From assembly GCA_965198225.1 (NCBI GenBank), contig CBDAOY010000007.1, positions 544,001-608,000 on the forward strand: DNA of 64,000 nucleotides, written 5' to 3'. The notes beneath the pieces are model-generated. The model was not told where the DNA came from, ran no database searches, and saw only the letters and a program-made list of their open reading frames with translations. The position numbers and the translations under genes were made by a program. This DNA comes from Terriglobia bacterium. Lineage in GTDB: Bacteria > Acidobacteriota > Terriglobia > 20CM-2-55-15. Below are positions 10,268 through 18,664 of this stretch, piece after piece (position 1 is the first letter of the stretch; each line of letters begins with the position of its first letter).

Positions 10268-11233
10268 TTGATTTCGTTCAAACTGGCCAACCTCGACGAG
10301 GGAGACCTGGGCGGTCCAGCCATCGTCGTCGATGATCGTGTCCATGACCTGCAACGGGTCGCGGAGAGCATCGAGACGTCGCCCGCGACGGCGGAGATCG
10401 TCCTGCCTTCGAACAACCGCGAGCTGATCGAACAGTATGGGCGGTGTCGTGAACGCCTCTCCGAAATCGCGGCGGCGATCTCTGCCAAAGACTCTGCCGG
10501 GCTGGAGCCCGGCGAGACCAGTTTCCGTCCTCCGATCCTCTATCCGTGGAACCTGGTGGCGGTGGCGGTGAATTATCGGGCCCACGGCGAGGAGATGGAC
10601 CGTCAGCTCGATGAGGACTACCTCAAGGACCCGCCTTATCTCTTCACCAAGTCTCCCAGGGCCTGCTTGAGGGCAACGGGGGAGGCGCTGGTGATTCCGG
10701 AGGGTCGGGAGAAGATCGATTGGGAACTGGAGCTGGCGGCGATCATCGGGAAGAGGGCCACCAGGGTCCCCCGATCATCGGGAAGAGGGCCACCAGGGTC
10801 CCCCGAGCGCGCTCCGGAACACATCTGGGGGTTCGGCCTCATTCTGGACATGTCGGACCGGCAGATGTTGAAGCGGAAGAACGCGTTCTTCAACGTGGAT
10901 TGGTTCAATGCGAAGACGCGCGACGGCTTTGCTCCCATGGGTCCCTACATCGTCCCGGCCGAGTTCGTTCCCCAGCACGGGGACCTGCACATGCAACTCC
11001 GTGTCAACGATCAGGTGATGCAGGCCTACAGCACCCGGCACATGACCCACAACGTCGAAGAACTCGTCGAATTCATCTCGTCGATCCACACGCTGGAACC
11101 GGGCGACATCATCGCGACCGGCACTCCGCCCGGTGTCGGAAAGGGAAGAAAGCCTCCCATCTTCCTGAAACCCGGCGACATCATCACCGCCGAGATCGAG
11201 GGCATCTGCTCGATCACCACCCCTATCGCTTGA
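10268..11233 (+). CDS. Fumarylacetoacetate hydrolase family protein (start uncertain, 10169-10268)
   Basis: VNYRAH, IDWELELA, GFAPMGP, LEPGDIIATGTP; contains a 32-bp tandem duplication. Confidence 0.85.
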   Translation: MISFKLANLDEGDLGGPAIVVDDRVHDLQRVAESIETSPATAEIVLPSNNRELIEQYGRCRERLSEIAAAISAKDSAGLEPGETSFRPPILYPWNLVAVAVNYRAHGEEMDRQLDEDYLKDPPYLFTKSPRACLRATGEALVIPEGREKIDWELELAAIIGKRATRVPRSSGRGPPGSPERAPEHIWGFGLILDMSDRQMLKRKNAFFNVDWFNAKTRDGFAPMGPYIVPAEFVPQHGDLHMQLRVNDQVMQAYSTRHMTHNVEELVEFISSIHTLEPGDIIATGTPPGVGKGRKPPIFLKPGDIITAEIEGICSITTPIA

Positions 11234-11240
11234 CGGATCC

Positions 11241-11378
11241 TCAAATTTCAAATGTGCAATTTCGAACTTCCATTGTGGAATTTTCGTTAGTCAATTTGCG
11301 ATGGGCTCGTTTCATTGCAGATTTACTAATGGAGAATCCGCACTGGAGATCGTAGATTCGACATTCGAAATTTGAGAC
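11241..11378. repeat. Inverted pair of AT-rich ~65-bp repeats (homologous to 18373-18522)
   Basis: tcgaacttccattgtggaattttc...gtcaatttgcgat matches the reverse complement of 18373-18440. Confidence 0.7.
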
Positions 11379-11396
11379 TGTCGAGGGAACGCCTCG

Positions 11397-14300
11397 TCAG
11401 TTGTCCGGCTCGTCGGGCGGCAGGACCGGGCGTTTTCGGGAGATCGTGAAGATGTTGGCGTCCAGGTAGTCTTTCTTTTCGCGTTTGACCTGGTATTTCG
11501 ATTCCGCGAGAAACCGGGCGTGGGCCAGGTCGAACTGGAGGCCGGCACCGGCGACCATCTGGAGCCATTCGCCGCGGGCAGTCTCGTCGGGTGCCTCGGT
11601 GCCCCCTGCGAACACCGTCACGTTGGGGTGCCGGACCATGAAACTGTTCGAGCTGCCGCTCTGCTTCGACCCCTTGATCGCCGAGTAAATCATCACCCCG
11701 TCGTGGATGTCTCGCTTGTAGTTTTCCTGATCCCACTCGCCGTACTTGTTGTAGCGGCGGTACATCCGTTCGTTCAGCTCGGGAACGGTCTCCGAGATGG
11801 CGGCCGCGATTCGGTCCCGGATGGCGAAGGCGGTCCTTTCGTGGTCAGGGAACTTCGGGTCCTGGATGTAGTTGAATCCCGGCATGAACCAGCCGCGGGG
11901 CGCCCACCAGCTGCGGCCGTTCGGAGTCCGTGAACGAACCCAGGCGCTGTAACCGGCAAACAGCTGAACCCATTCGTGAGACGGGTATCCGTGCGGGTTC
12001 AGGACGATGTCGGGAAGCCACATCTGCCACAGGTCCTTCCGCACGGTGGTTTCCGGGTATTTCGGGTTTGCGTCCCACTGCCCGGACGTGACGTCGACGC
12101 CGAGCGACCCGAGGTATCCGGCATGGAGCATGAAATCAGGTGTGATCTCCTGCAGTTCGTAGGCGAGATCGGCGCCATCCGGGTTCGTGATCGGATGGAT
12201 GACGAAGTTGACGCTCTCGAGCAGCGGTTTGTACTCGTCGTCGGTCGTCAGCAGTTCGACCAACCTCAGGATGTGCGACGTACTCGAGACCTCGTTGGCG
12301 TGCTGCCGACCCGTGATGAAAAGCACAGGCTTCGTTGTGGAAAGCTTAGCCTGGGAATGGAATCGGCCCTCCAGTGGCGACATCACGTCCATCGCCCAGA
12401 TCCGCTTGTTCAGGTAAGAGCTGGTCGTGTAGAAGGGGCGGACCTCGGGGAAGCTCGCCAGCTCGGAGATGATCTGTTCGGCTTCACTGCTGTTGATCGG
12501 GTTGTCCCACTGCACGATCGGCTTCTGGCTGGGCGCGGACGCTTCGACTTTCGGCACCCGGTAGTAGCCGTCTTCGGTGCGCGACACGGATGCCGCCATG
12601 ACTTCTTCATGGCGGGTCTCGAATCGGATCGTGATGCTGTCGACACCATCGTAGGAAAGCCAGCTGTTGCCGAAGCCGAGTCTGTGGAACTCCTCGATGT
12701 TGTTGACCATCGCCGCGGCCTGTTCGCTCGACAGCAGCGTGCGATCGATCACCTCGCCACGGGCTTTCGTGATCAGCTCGTCTCGCTGGTTTTCCTCGGA
12801 ATCGGTTTCCTGCAGAAATTCGAGTGACACCACACCTTCACGGCCGACCTCGACGGTCTCGGCGATGATCTGCGGCGGCTCGATGTTGACGGGTACGAAG
12901 TCCTCGGTCCAACGCTGCTTGACTTTGCCGCGTTCCCGGAACTCCAAGTCGACCCGGGGGTTCGGCCCCGCCTTGCCCGTGAAACGGATCCGCGCCGTTC
13001 CGTCAGAACCTTCACGAGCAGGGCGAATCCTGGGGATCACGCGTCCGGGGTAGTTCAAACGCTCTCCGGCGTAGTACTGGCCCAGCAAGTCGAAGAACAG
13101 CAGCGTCTCGAAGTAAATGTCTTCGTGCATCGCCTCGAGCGCCGAGATCTGTTCTTCGTCGATTCCGATGCGGTAGTCCGGTTCGCTCATCCAAAGATCC
13201 ACTTCCAGTGAGCCGAAGTAGGGCGCCCATCGAGCTCGCGGCTTGCCCTCGTAGAGTTCGAGAACGTAGTTGTGGATCTGACCGAAGACCCGTTTCTGGA
13301 ACTCGTCCCAGAACCGTTCCGGATCGATCTTGACGCGTTCGTCGACGAGGGTCGCGCCTCCTATCTTCGCGACGATGCTTCCCGTCGTTACCCGGACTTG
13401 TTCGTACTGGGGAAACTGGTCGAACATCGGGCGGAAGACAAACCGCGGATCAAACGCCTCATTCAAGAACCGACGACCCTGGGCGTCGGTCGCCTCGACG
13501 CGGTAGATCGGGCCGGAGGTGGTCTTTTCGAACGTGATGTCGTCGACGGGTATGTTCAGGTCTCGAGCCAGGACTTCGTCGATCGGAAACAGTTCCTGCA
13601 GCCAACGGATCGGGGATTCAACCGTCTGCCAGCCTTCGGGTTCCAGCTCACGGAAGTAGATCGTGATCTTTCGGGCATCGGCAAGGCGGGGTTTCAGGTC
13701 GTCGTCGATCCAGCTGTAGCCCTGCTTGTAAGCAGACAGGACCCGAACTTCGGTCCTTTCTGGATTCGCTCCGGCCCGCACCAGCCGGTCGCGAAACTCT
13801 GTCTTCAAGCGTTGACGCATTTCCGGCGATTCGCTGACGCGAACTTCCAGATCGACGACCGCACCGGCTTCAATCTCCGGGATCAGTCGGGCAGAGATCA
13901 CCTCTCGGACGTCGGCAACCTCCCAGGCAACGTCGAAGGTCTCGTCGAAAACCGGTTCGGCCGAGAGGACATCGATGTTGGCGGCGGTAACGTTGATGTC
14001 GGGGAACTCACCTCGGATGTGTTCGAGAAACTCCTCGCCGCCGCGTTCGACGAACACTTTCATTTCGGCAGACTCCAGGTCGAGACCGTCGAGCTTCCGG
14101 GCCATGCGCCGGGCCTTGTAGAGTGCGGCGGCCGCCTGGGCTTCCGGAGAGCGCAGCGAGAAGAATCGACGCAGGTCATCCTGTACCTTCGCGAGATGGA
14201 GACTGTCCTTGCCGTAGTCCCAGGCGTAGGGCAGACGACCGGCGGCGTGCTCGATCGCACGATCCTCTCCGGCTCGGTCCCCCCCGATGATCACCAGAGC

Positions 14301-15137
14301 CGTGTGATCCTTCTCGAACGCCTTTCGGACGACTTCGATGCGACCCTGGCCGGGTGCAGGGTAGGAGGAGAACTTTCCGTCCTCGATCAGCTTCTGGACG
14401 TGGGGATTGGACCGTCCGATGAGTATCGGATTCTGGGGTTCCTGCTCTTGGCCGGCCACGAGAACCAGCGGGAGACGCAGGCCCGTTGTTTCCAGTCCGA
14501 TTCGGGCCGCGAGGTCGATGACACCCGGAGATTGGGTGTCCGGTCCGATATAAATCGTCGTTTCAGTCTTGTCGGGGATGAAATCGCTGTTGGAGTCTCC
14601 CAGCAGGCCATCCGGGCTGTAAAGGCGGGCCAGCGAGTATGTCTTCGACGACAGCTCTTCGTCGATCGGCTCTTCGGACGTGTCTTCCTCGTCTTCTTCG
14701 TCGTCCCCTTCCACGCCCTCTGAACCTGGTTCTTCCTCAGCGTCTTCAGGCGGCTGAGGAGACTCCAGTGATCGCGCCCATGCGTTCGCGTCCTCAGGAG
14801 CGGCTATTGCGATGACCTGCCGGTTTCCGTCGCTGGTTTCCACCACGGCTTCGGACCGCCCGCCGATGAAGCGGGTCGCAGCGCTACCGACCACGATAGC
14901 GACCGAGGAATCGCCGTTCGAGTAATCCGAGATCCGGTATCCGATGGGCAGATCGATCGACAGAGACTCGAAAGCCAGACGGGCCGCGACGTTCGCCGCG
15001 GCGGCGAGTTCGCCGGGCGTCGGATCATCGGCGACATACACCCTGGCGTTGACGTAGTCGATGACGCCGTCCTGATTGCGGTCCTCCAGAATCCCGGTCG
15101 GGAAGGTGATGAAAAGCAGGAAGATGAGGGTTTTCAT
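11397..15137 (-). CDS. Large secreted M14 zinc carboxypeptidase-domain protein
   Basis: Signal peptide; C-terminal GRQHANE, NPDG and NPHG M14 motifs. Confidence 0.8.
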   Translation of the reverse strand: MKTLIFLLFITFPTGILEDRNQDGVIDYVNARVYVADDPTPGELAAAANVAARLAFESLSIDLPIGYRISDYSNGDSSVAIVVGSAATRFIGGRSEAVVETSDGNRQVIAIAAPEDANAWARSLESPQPPEDAEEEPGSEGVEGDDEEDEEDTSEEPIDEELSSKTYSLARLYSPDGLLGDSNSDFIPDKTETTIYIGPDTQSPGVIDLAARIGLETTGLRLPLVLVAGQEQEPQNPILIGRSNPHVQKLIEDGKFSSYPAPGQGRIEVVRKAFEKDHTALVIIGGDRAGEDRAIEHAAGRLPYAWDYGKDSLHLAKVQDDLRRFFSLRSPEAQAAAALYKARRMARKLDGLDLESAEMKVFVERGGEEFLEHIRGEFPDINVTAANIDVLSAEPVFDETFDVAWEVADVREVISARLIPEIEAGAVVDLEVRVSESPEMRQRLKTEFRDRLVRAGANPERTEVRVLSAYKQGYSWIDDDLKPRLADARKITIYFRELEPEGWQTVESPIRWLQELFPIDEVLARDLNIPVDDITFEKTTSGPIYRVEATDAQGRRFLNEAFDPRFVFRPMFDQFPQYEQVRVTTGSIVAKIGGATLVDERVKIDPERFWDEFQKRVFGQIHNYVLELYEGKPRARWAPYFGSLEVDLWMSEPDYRIGIDEEQISALEAMHEDIYFETLLFFDLLGQYYAGERLNYPGRVIPRIRPAREGSDGTARIRFTGKAGPNPRVDLEFRERGKVKQRWTEDFVPVNIEPPQIIAETVEVGREGVVSLEFLQETDSEENQRDELITKARGEVIDRTLLSSEQAAAMVNNIEEFHRLGFGNSWLSYDGVDSITIRFETRHEEVMAASVSRTEDGYYRVPKVEASAPSQKPIVQWDNPINSSEAEQIISELASFPEVRPFYTTSSYLNKRIWAMDVMSPLEGRFHSQAKLSTTKPVLFITGRQHANEVSSTSHILRLVELLTTDDEYKPLLESVNFVIHPITNPDGADLAYELQEITPDFMLHAGYLGSLGVDVTSGQWDANPKYPETTVRKDLWQMWLPDIVLNPHGYPSHEWVQLFAGYSAWVRSRTPNGRSWWAPRGWFMPGFNYIQDPKFPDHERTAFAIRDRIAAAISETVPELNERMYRRYNKYGEWDQENYKRDIHDGVMIYSAIKGSKQSGSSNSFMVRHPNVTVFAGGTEAPDETARGEWLQMVAGAGLQFDLAHARFLAESKYQVKREKKDYLDANIFTISRKRPVLPPDEPDN

Positions 15138-15266
15138 GGAACGGGATCTTAACACCAGGGAGAAGTGCATTCAAAGAAACGCCAATTTCGACCTCAACCT
15201 CCAATTTCGAAATTCGAATGAACAACCTTCAATGTGGATTAGTGAATAGACAACCTCCAATCCCGC

Positions 15267-15557
15267 CTACAGGCGTTTTGTGATTGCAGCCATCTCCTCG
15301 GGTGTGAACGCGCGCATCGTCGTCGACCGAACATTTCCGTTTTTGCCGACTGCCAGGGTGAAGGCGCTGATGCTTTCGTCATCTTCTGCCTCGAAAACGG
15401 CGACGAGGTCAAAGGGCCCGACGGTGTAATGTGCGCTCAACATTTTGACGCCAAACTTGGCGGCCAGTTTCTGGCTCTGTTTGAGCCGGCTCGTTGATCT
15501 CTTGATGTTCCGGATTCCCTGATCGGTGAAGTTGATGAGACTGACGTAGGTAACCAT
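15267..15557 (-). CDS. GYD domain protein
   Basis: YVSLINFTDQGIRNIK...YTVGPFDLV...GNVRSTTMRAF. Confidence 0.85.
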   Translation of the reverse strand: MVTYVSLINFTDQGIRNIKRSTSRLKQSQKLAAKFGVKMLSAHYTVGPFDLVAVFEAEDDESISAFTLAVGKNGNVRSTTMRAFTPEEMAAITKRL

Positions 15558-15687
15558 CGTGTAAACCTCCTGGGTGTGATGGAATCTTGAGGGAGAAAGA
15601 ATAGAACAGACCCGAAGCCTCCGCCAGCCATTGACCGTGATCCGAATCGCCTGACCCGTCCCACCGTGCTTTCCGAGAGGCTGTCTT

Positions 15688-15763
15688 AACCACGGAGGCG
15701 CGGAGACACGGAGGGGGACAGGCAGGTGATCTATCTCTTCTCCGTGCCTCGGGCCTCCGTGGT
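15688..15763. repeat. Inverted ACCACGGAG-type repeat pair (also at 26976-27003)
   Basis: aaccacggaggcgcggagacacggag ... ctccgtgcctcgggcctccgtggt. Confidence 0.65.
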
Positions 15764-15799
15764 AATAGTCTTTTCGTGCCTGAGGTCCTTTTGGGACGA

Positions 15800-16861
15800 T
15801 TAGTCGTGGAGGTCGATCCAGCGGCCTTCTGCGGAGGAGCGGCGGGCCGCATCGAGGACCAACTGGCTGGCGACGCCGTCTTTGAAGCTAGGCGAAGGCG
15901 AGGACAGCCTGCGGTCAATGGCGTTGACGAGGGAATTGATAAGGACGCGAAACGGCGCTCTCAGGAAGGGGCCGGGTTCTCTCGGTAGCTGGTAGCGCGC
16001 AGGTATGGTCAACGTTTCTACCTTCCGATTGGAACGCTTGCCTCCGGAGATATCGACACACTTGTAACCGGGCAGGACAAGCTGTCCTTCGCTGCCGTAG
16101 ATCCCGATCTGGGACTCTTCGACGCCCGCGACTGCGCTCATGTGGACGATGGCTCGCGCGTCGGAATCAAACTCCACGATCATGACGTATGCGTCGTCGC
16201 TGGTGACGGCGTGTCCTTCCCGTTCTCTTACGAATGTCACCAGATCGCAGAACACACGCCGCGGTTCCCCGACCCAGAGTCGTAGCGAGTCGACGGCGTG
16301 CGAACCGATGGCGCCGAGTAATCCGCCTCCGCGGTCCCGGTCCGACCACCAGTCCCATCCGACGTCCTCAGGTTTGGAGCGCCACCCGAAGTGACGTGTG
16401 AACTCCACCATCCGAACCTTTCCGACATAGTTCTGGTGCAGGAGGTCGGCGAGGTAGGTTCGTGCAGGGAGGTACCTGAACTCGAAGTCGACCATCGCCA
16501 CGACACCTGCCTTCGTCGCGGCGGCTTCCATACGCTGGGCCTCTTCCGCGTTCATGGCGAACGGCTTTTCACAAAGGACATGGATGCCACGCTCTATGGC
16601 CGCCAGTGCCATCGAACAGTGGAGTTCGGTCGGGGTCGCGATGCTGACCAGGTCCGGCTTCTCTTCATCGAGCATTTCCTCGAAATCCGTGTACGCGCCC
16701 GGGACGCGGTGCTCCTGCGCGACCGAACGGGCGCGGTCGGCCCGTCCGCTGGAGACAGCGACGACCCTCGTGCGGTCGTGGGACTGAAAGACCGGAATCT
16801 GGACGCCGCCCGCAAACGAGGTGCCGGCTACGGCTACGCGTATAACATCTGGCTCTGCCAT
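15800..16861 (-). CDS. Gfo/Idh/MocA oxidoreductase
   Basis: HVLCEKP, GGGLLGAIGSH. Confidence 0.9.
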   Translation of the reverse strand: MAEPDVIRVAVAGTSFAGGVQIPVFQSHDRTRVVAVSSGRADRARSVAQEHRVPGAYTDFEEMLDEEKPDLVSIATPTELHCSMALAAIERGIHVLCEKPFAMNAEEAQRMEAAATKAGVVAMVDFEFRYLPARTYLADLLHQNYVGKVRMVEFTRHFGWRSKPEDVGWDWWSDRDRGGGLLGAIGSHAVDSLRLWVGEPRRVFCDLVTFVREREGHAVTSDDAYVMIVEFDSDARAIVHMSAVAGVEESQIGIYGSEGQLVLPGYKCVDISGGKRSNRKVETLTIPARYQLPREPGPFLRAPFRVLINSLVNAIDRRLSSPSPSFKDGVASQLVLDAARRSSAEGRWIDLHD

Positions 16862-17006
16862 TTCGATTATGCTCCGGGCGCGGCAAAGGTGCCCCGAAGG
16901 TCCCGCAATTTATCAGGTTGTACAGGGGGTTTCAACGTGCACGTGTTGCGCCAGTCTCGTCGTAATCCGTTTCGGCTGCCACATGCTACAATCGTCGGTT
17001 TGAATT

Positions 17007-18314
17007 ATGGCTAGAATCATTCCATTCAGAGCTCTTCAGTACTCGGCCGACCGGGTTCCGATCCAGGACGTCGTCACTCAGCCCTACGACAAGATCTCAA
17101 CCGAGATGCAACAGCGTTACTACGACCTGCATCCCAACAATCTCGTCCGAATCCTCCGTGGCAAGAGCGAAGCCGGCGATGACGGGGACGCCTCGGTCTA
17201 TACTCGAGCGGCCTCCTACCTGGCGAAGTGGCGTGATGAGGGAATCATCGGACAGGTTCCCGAACCCTCATTGTTTGCTTATTTTCAGCGGTTTGAGACG
17301 CCGGGTTCGGGCGAGGTGCGTACCCGTAAAGGGCTGATCGGGCTTTGCAGGCTGGAAGACTACGCCAACCGGGTCGTCTTTCCGCACGAGCGAACAATGA
17401 CCGGGCCCAAGCAGGATCGTCTCGAACTGCTGCGCCGTACCAAAACCCATTTCGGTCAGGTCTTCCTGATGTATTCCGATCCTGACCGCAGCGTCGATCG
17501 GATGCTGGAACAGGCTTCAACCGAAGCGGCCGACACGATCGTGCGCGACGAATACGACGTAGAGCATTCTCTCTGGCGTATCTCCGATCCCGCGACGATT
17601 GAAGCCATCCAAGGCGCCATGGCCGAGCAGAGCCTCCTGATAGCGGACGGCCACCACCGGTACGAAACGGCACTGGCTTTTCGGGACGAGATGCGCACCG
17701 AGAATGGCTCCGCCGACGCCGGGGGCTACGAATGGCTCATGACGACGATGGTCAACATGGAAAGTCCCGGCGTCGCCATTCTCCCGACCCACCGCGTCGT
17801 GTCAAACGTGGCGGACTACGATCCCGGCGGGCTGGTCCACCGCGCCAGCGAATTCTTCGACGTCTCCGAAACCGTCGATCTCCGGAGCCTGGAATCGGAA
17901 CTGGAAGCGAGCGGGGACGAACGCCCCACGATTGGTGTCTGCGGAAAGGGGGACGATCGGTTCGTGTTGCTGAAGCTCAAGCCTGGATTGGATCTACCCG
18001 CGATCCTGCCCGGCGTCTCGGAGTGCGAGGCCAATCTGGATGTCGTCGTGCTGCACCGACTCGTCCTCGACAAATGCATTGGTATTTCCGCGGACGACGT
18101 TCGAGCCGGAAAGTACCTCTCCTACGTCCGGGGTCTGGACGCAGCCGTCGAGCGTGTACGGGAGCAGGACTGCCAGGCGGCGTTTCTGCTCAACGCGACG
18201 CGGATCGATCAGGTTCGCGACATTGCCTTCGGCGGGGACGTCCTGCCCCAGAAATCCACGGACTTCTACCCGAAGGTCCTGTCGGGCCTGACCATGTATT
18301 GCATGGAACCGTAG
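17007..18314 (+). CDS. DUF1015 family protein
   Basis: TQPYDKI, PHERT, IADGHHRYE, PQKSTDFYPK. Confidence 0.9.
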   Translation: MARIIPFRALQYSADRVPIQDVVTQPYDKISTEMQQRYYDLHPNNLVRILRGKSEAGDDGDASVYTRAASYLAKWRDEGIIGQVPEPSLFAYFQRFETPGSGEVRTRKGLIGLCRLEDYANRVVFPHERTMTGPKQDRLELLRRTKTHFGQVFLMYSDPDRSVDRMLEQASTEAADTIVRDEYDVEHSLWRISDPATIEAIQGAMAEQSLLIADGHHRYETALAFRDEMRTENGSADAGGYEWLMTTMVNMESPGVAILPTHRVVSNVADYDPGGLVHRASEFFDVSETVDLRSLESELEASGDERPTIGVCGKGDDRFVLLKLKPGLDLPAILPGVSECEANLDVVVLHRLVLDKCIGISADDVRAGKYLSYVRGLDAAVERVREQDCQAAFLLNATRIDQVRDIAFGGDVLPQKSTDFYPKVLSGLTMYCMEP

Positions 18315-18315
18315 A

Positions 18316-18655
18316 CCGTTATCCGTAGGCCGTTGTCCGTTGGGGTCCTACGGACCCTGGTAGGTCCGGAGATGATTGCAGATTGACGTATTGAAAATTC
18401 CACAATGGAAATTCGAGGTTGCAGGTTTGAGATTTCAAATCGTGTGACTCCGGGCAATCTCGAATTTTCGATTTCGAATCACCAAATCTGCAATGCGGAA
18501 TTTTCGATAGGACAATCTGCAATACATCCAGGGCTGTCGCCCTCGCATTAGCTCTCCCGCCACGAGTTGCGTGCGGTTCCCGCAGACAACAATGGGATGC
18601 CACGCTGTCCCGAAAACGGCCTACGAGGGTCCGCAGGACCCCAACGGCCTACGTC
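18316..18655. repeat. Composite repeat: long inverted heptamer-derived arms enclosing an inverted AT-rich repeat pair
   Basis: 18337-18358 versus 18626-18647 inverted at 21/22; inner repeats at 18373-18522. Confidence 0.75.
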
Positions 18656-18664
18656 CCGTCCCCC

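Noticed and set aside
13272-14723. 483-aa + strand ORF (similar cases: 19703-21106, 49867-51102, 37506-38498)
   Set aside because: Antisense to well-supported genes with no recognisable domains.
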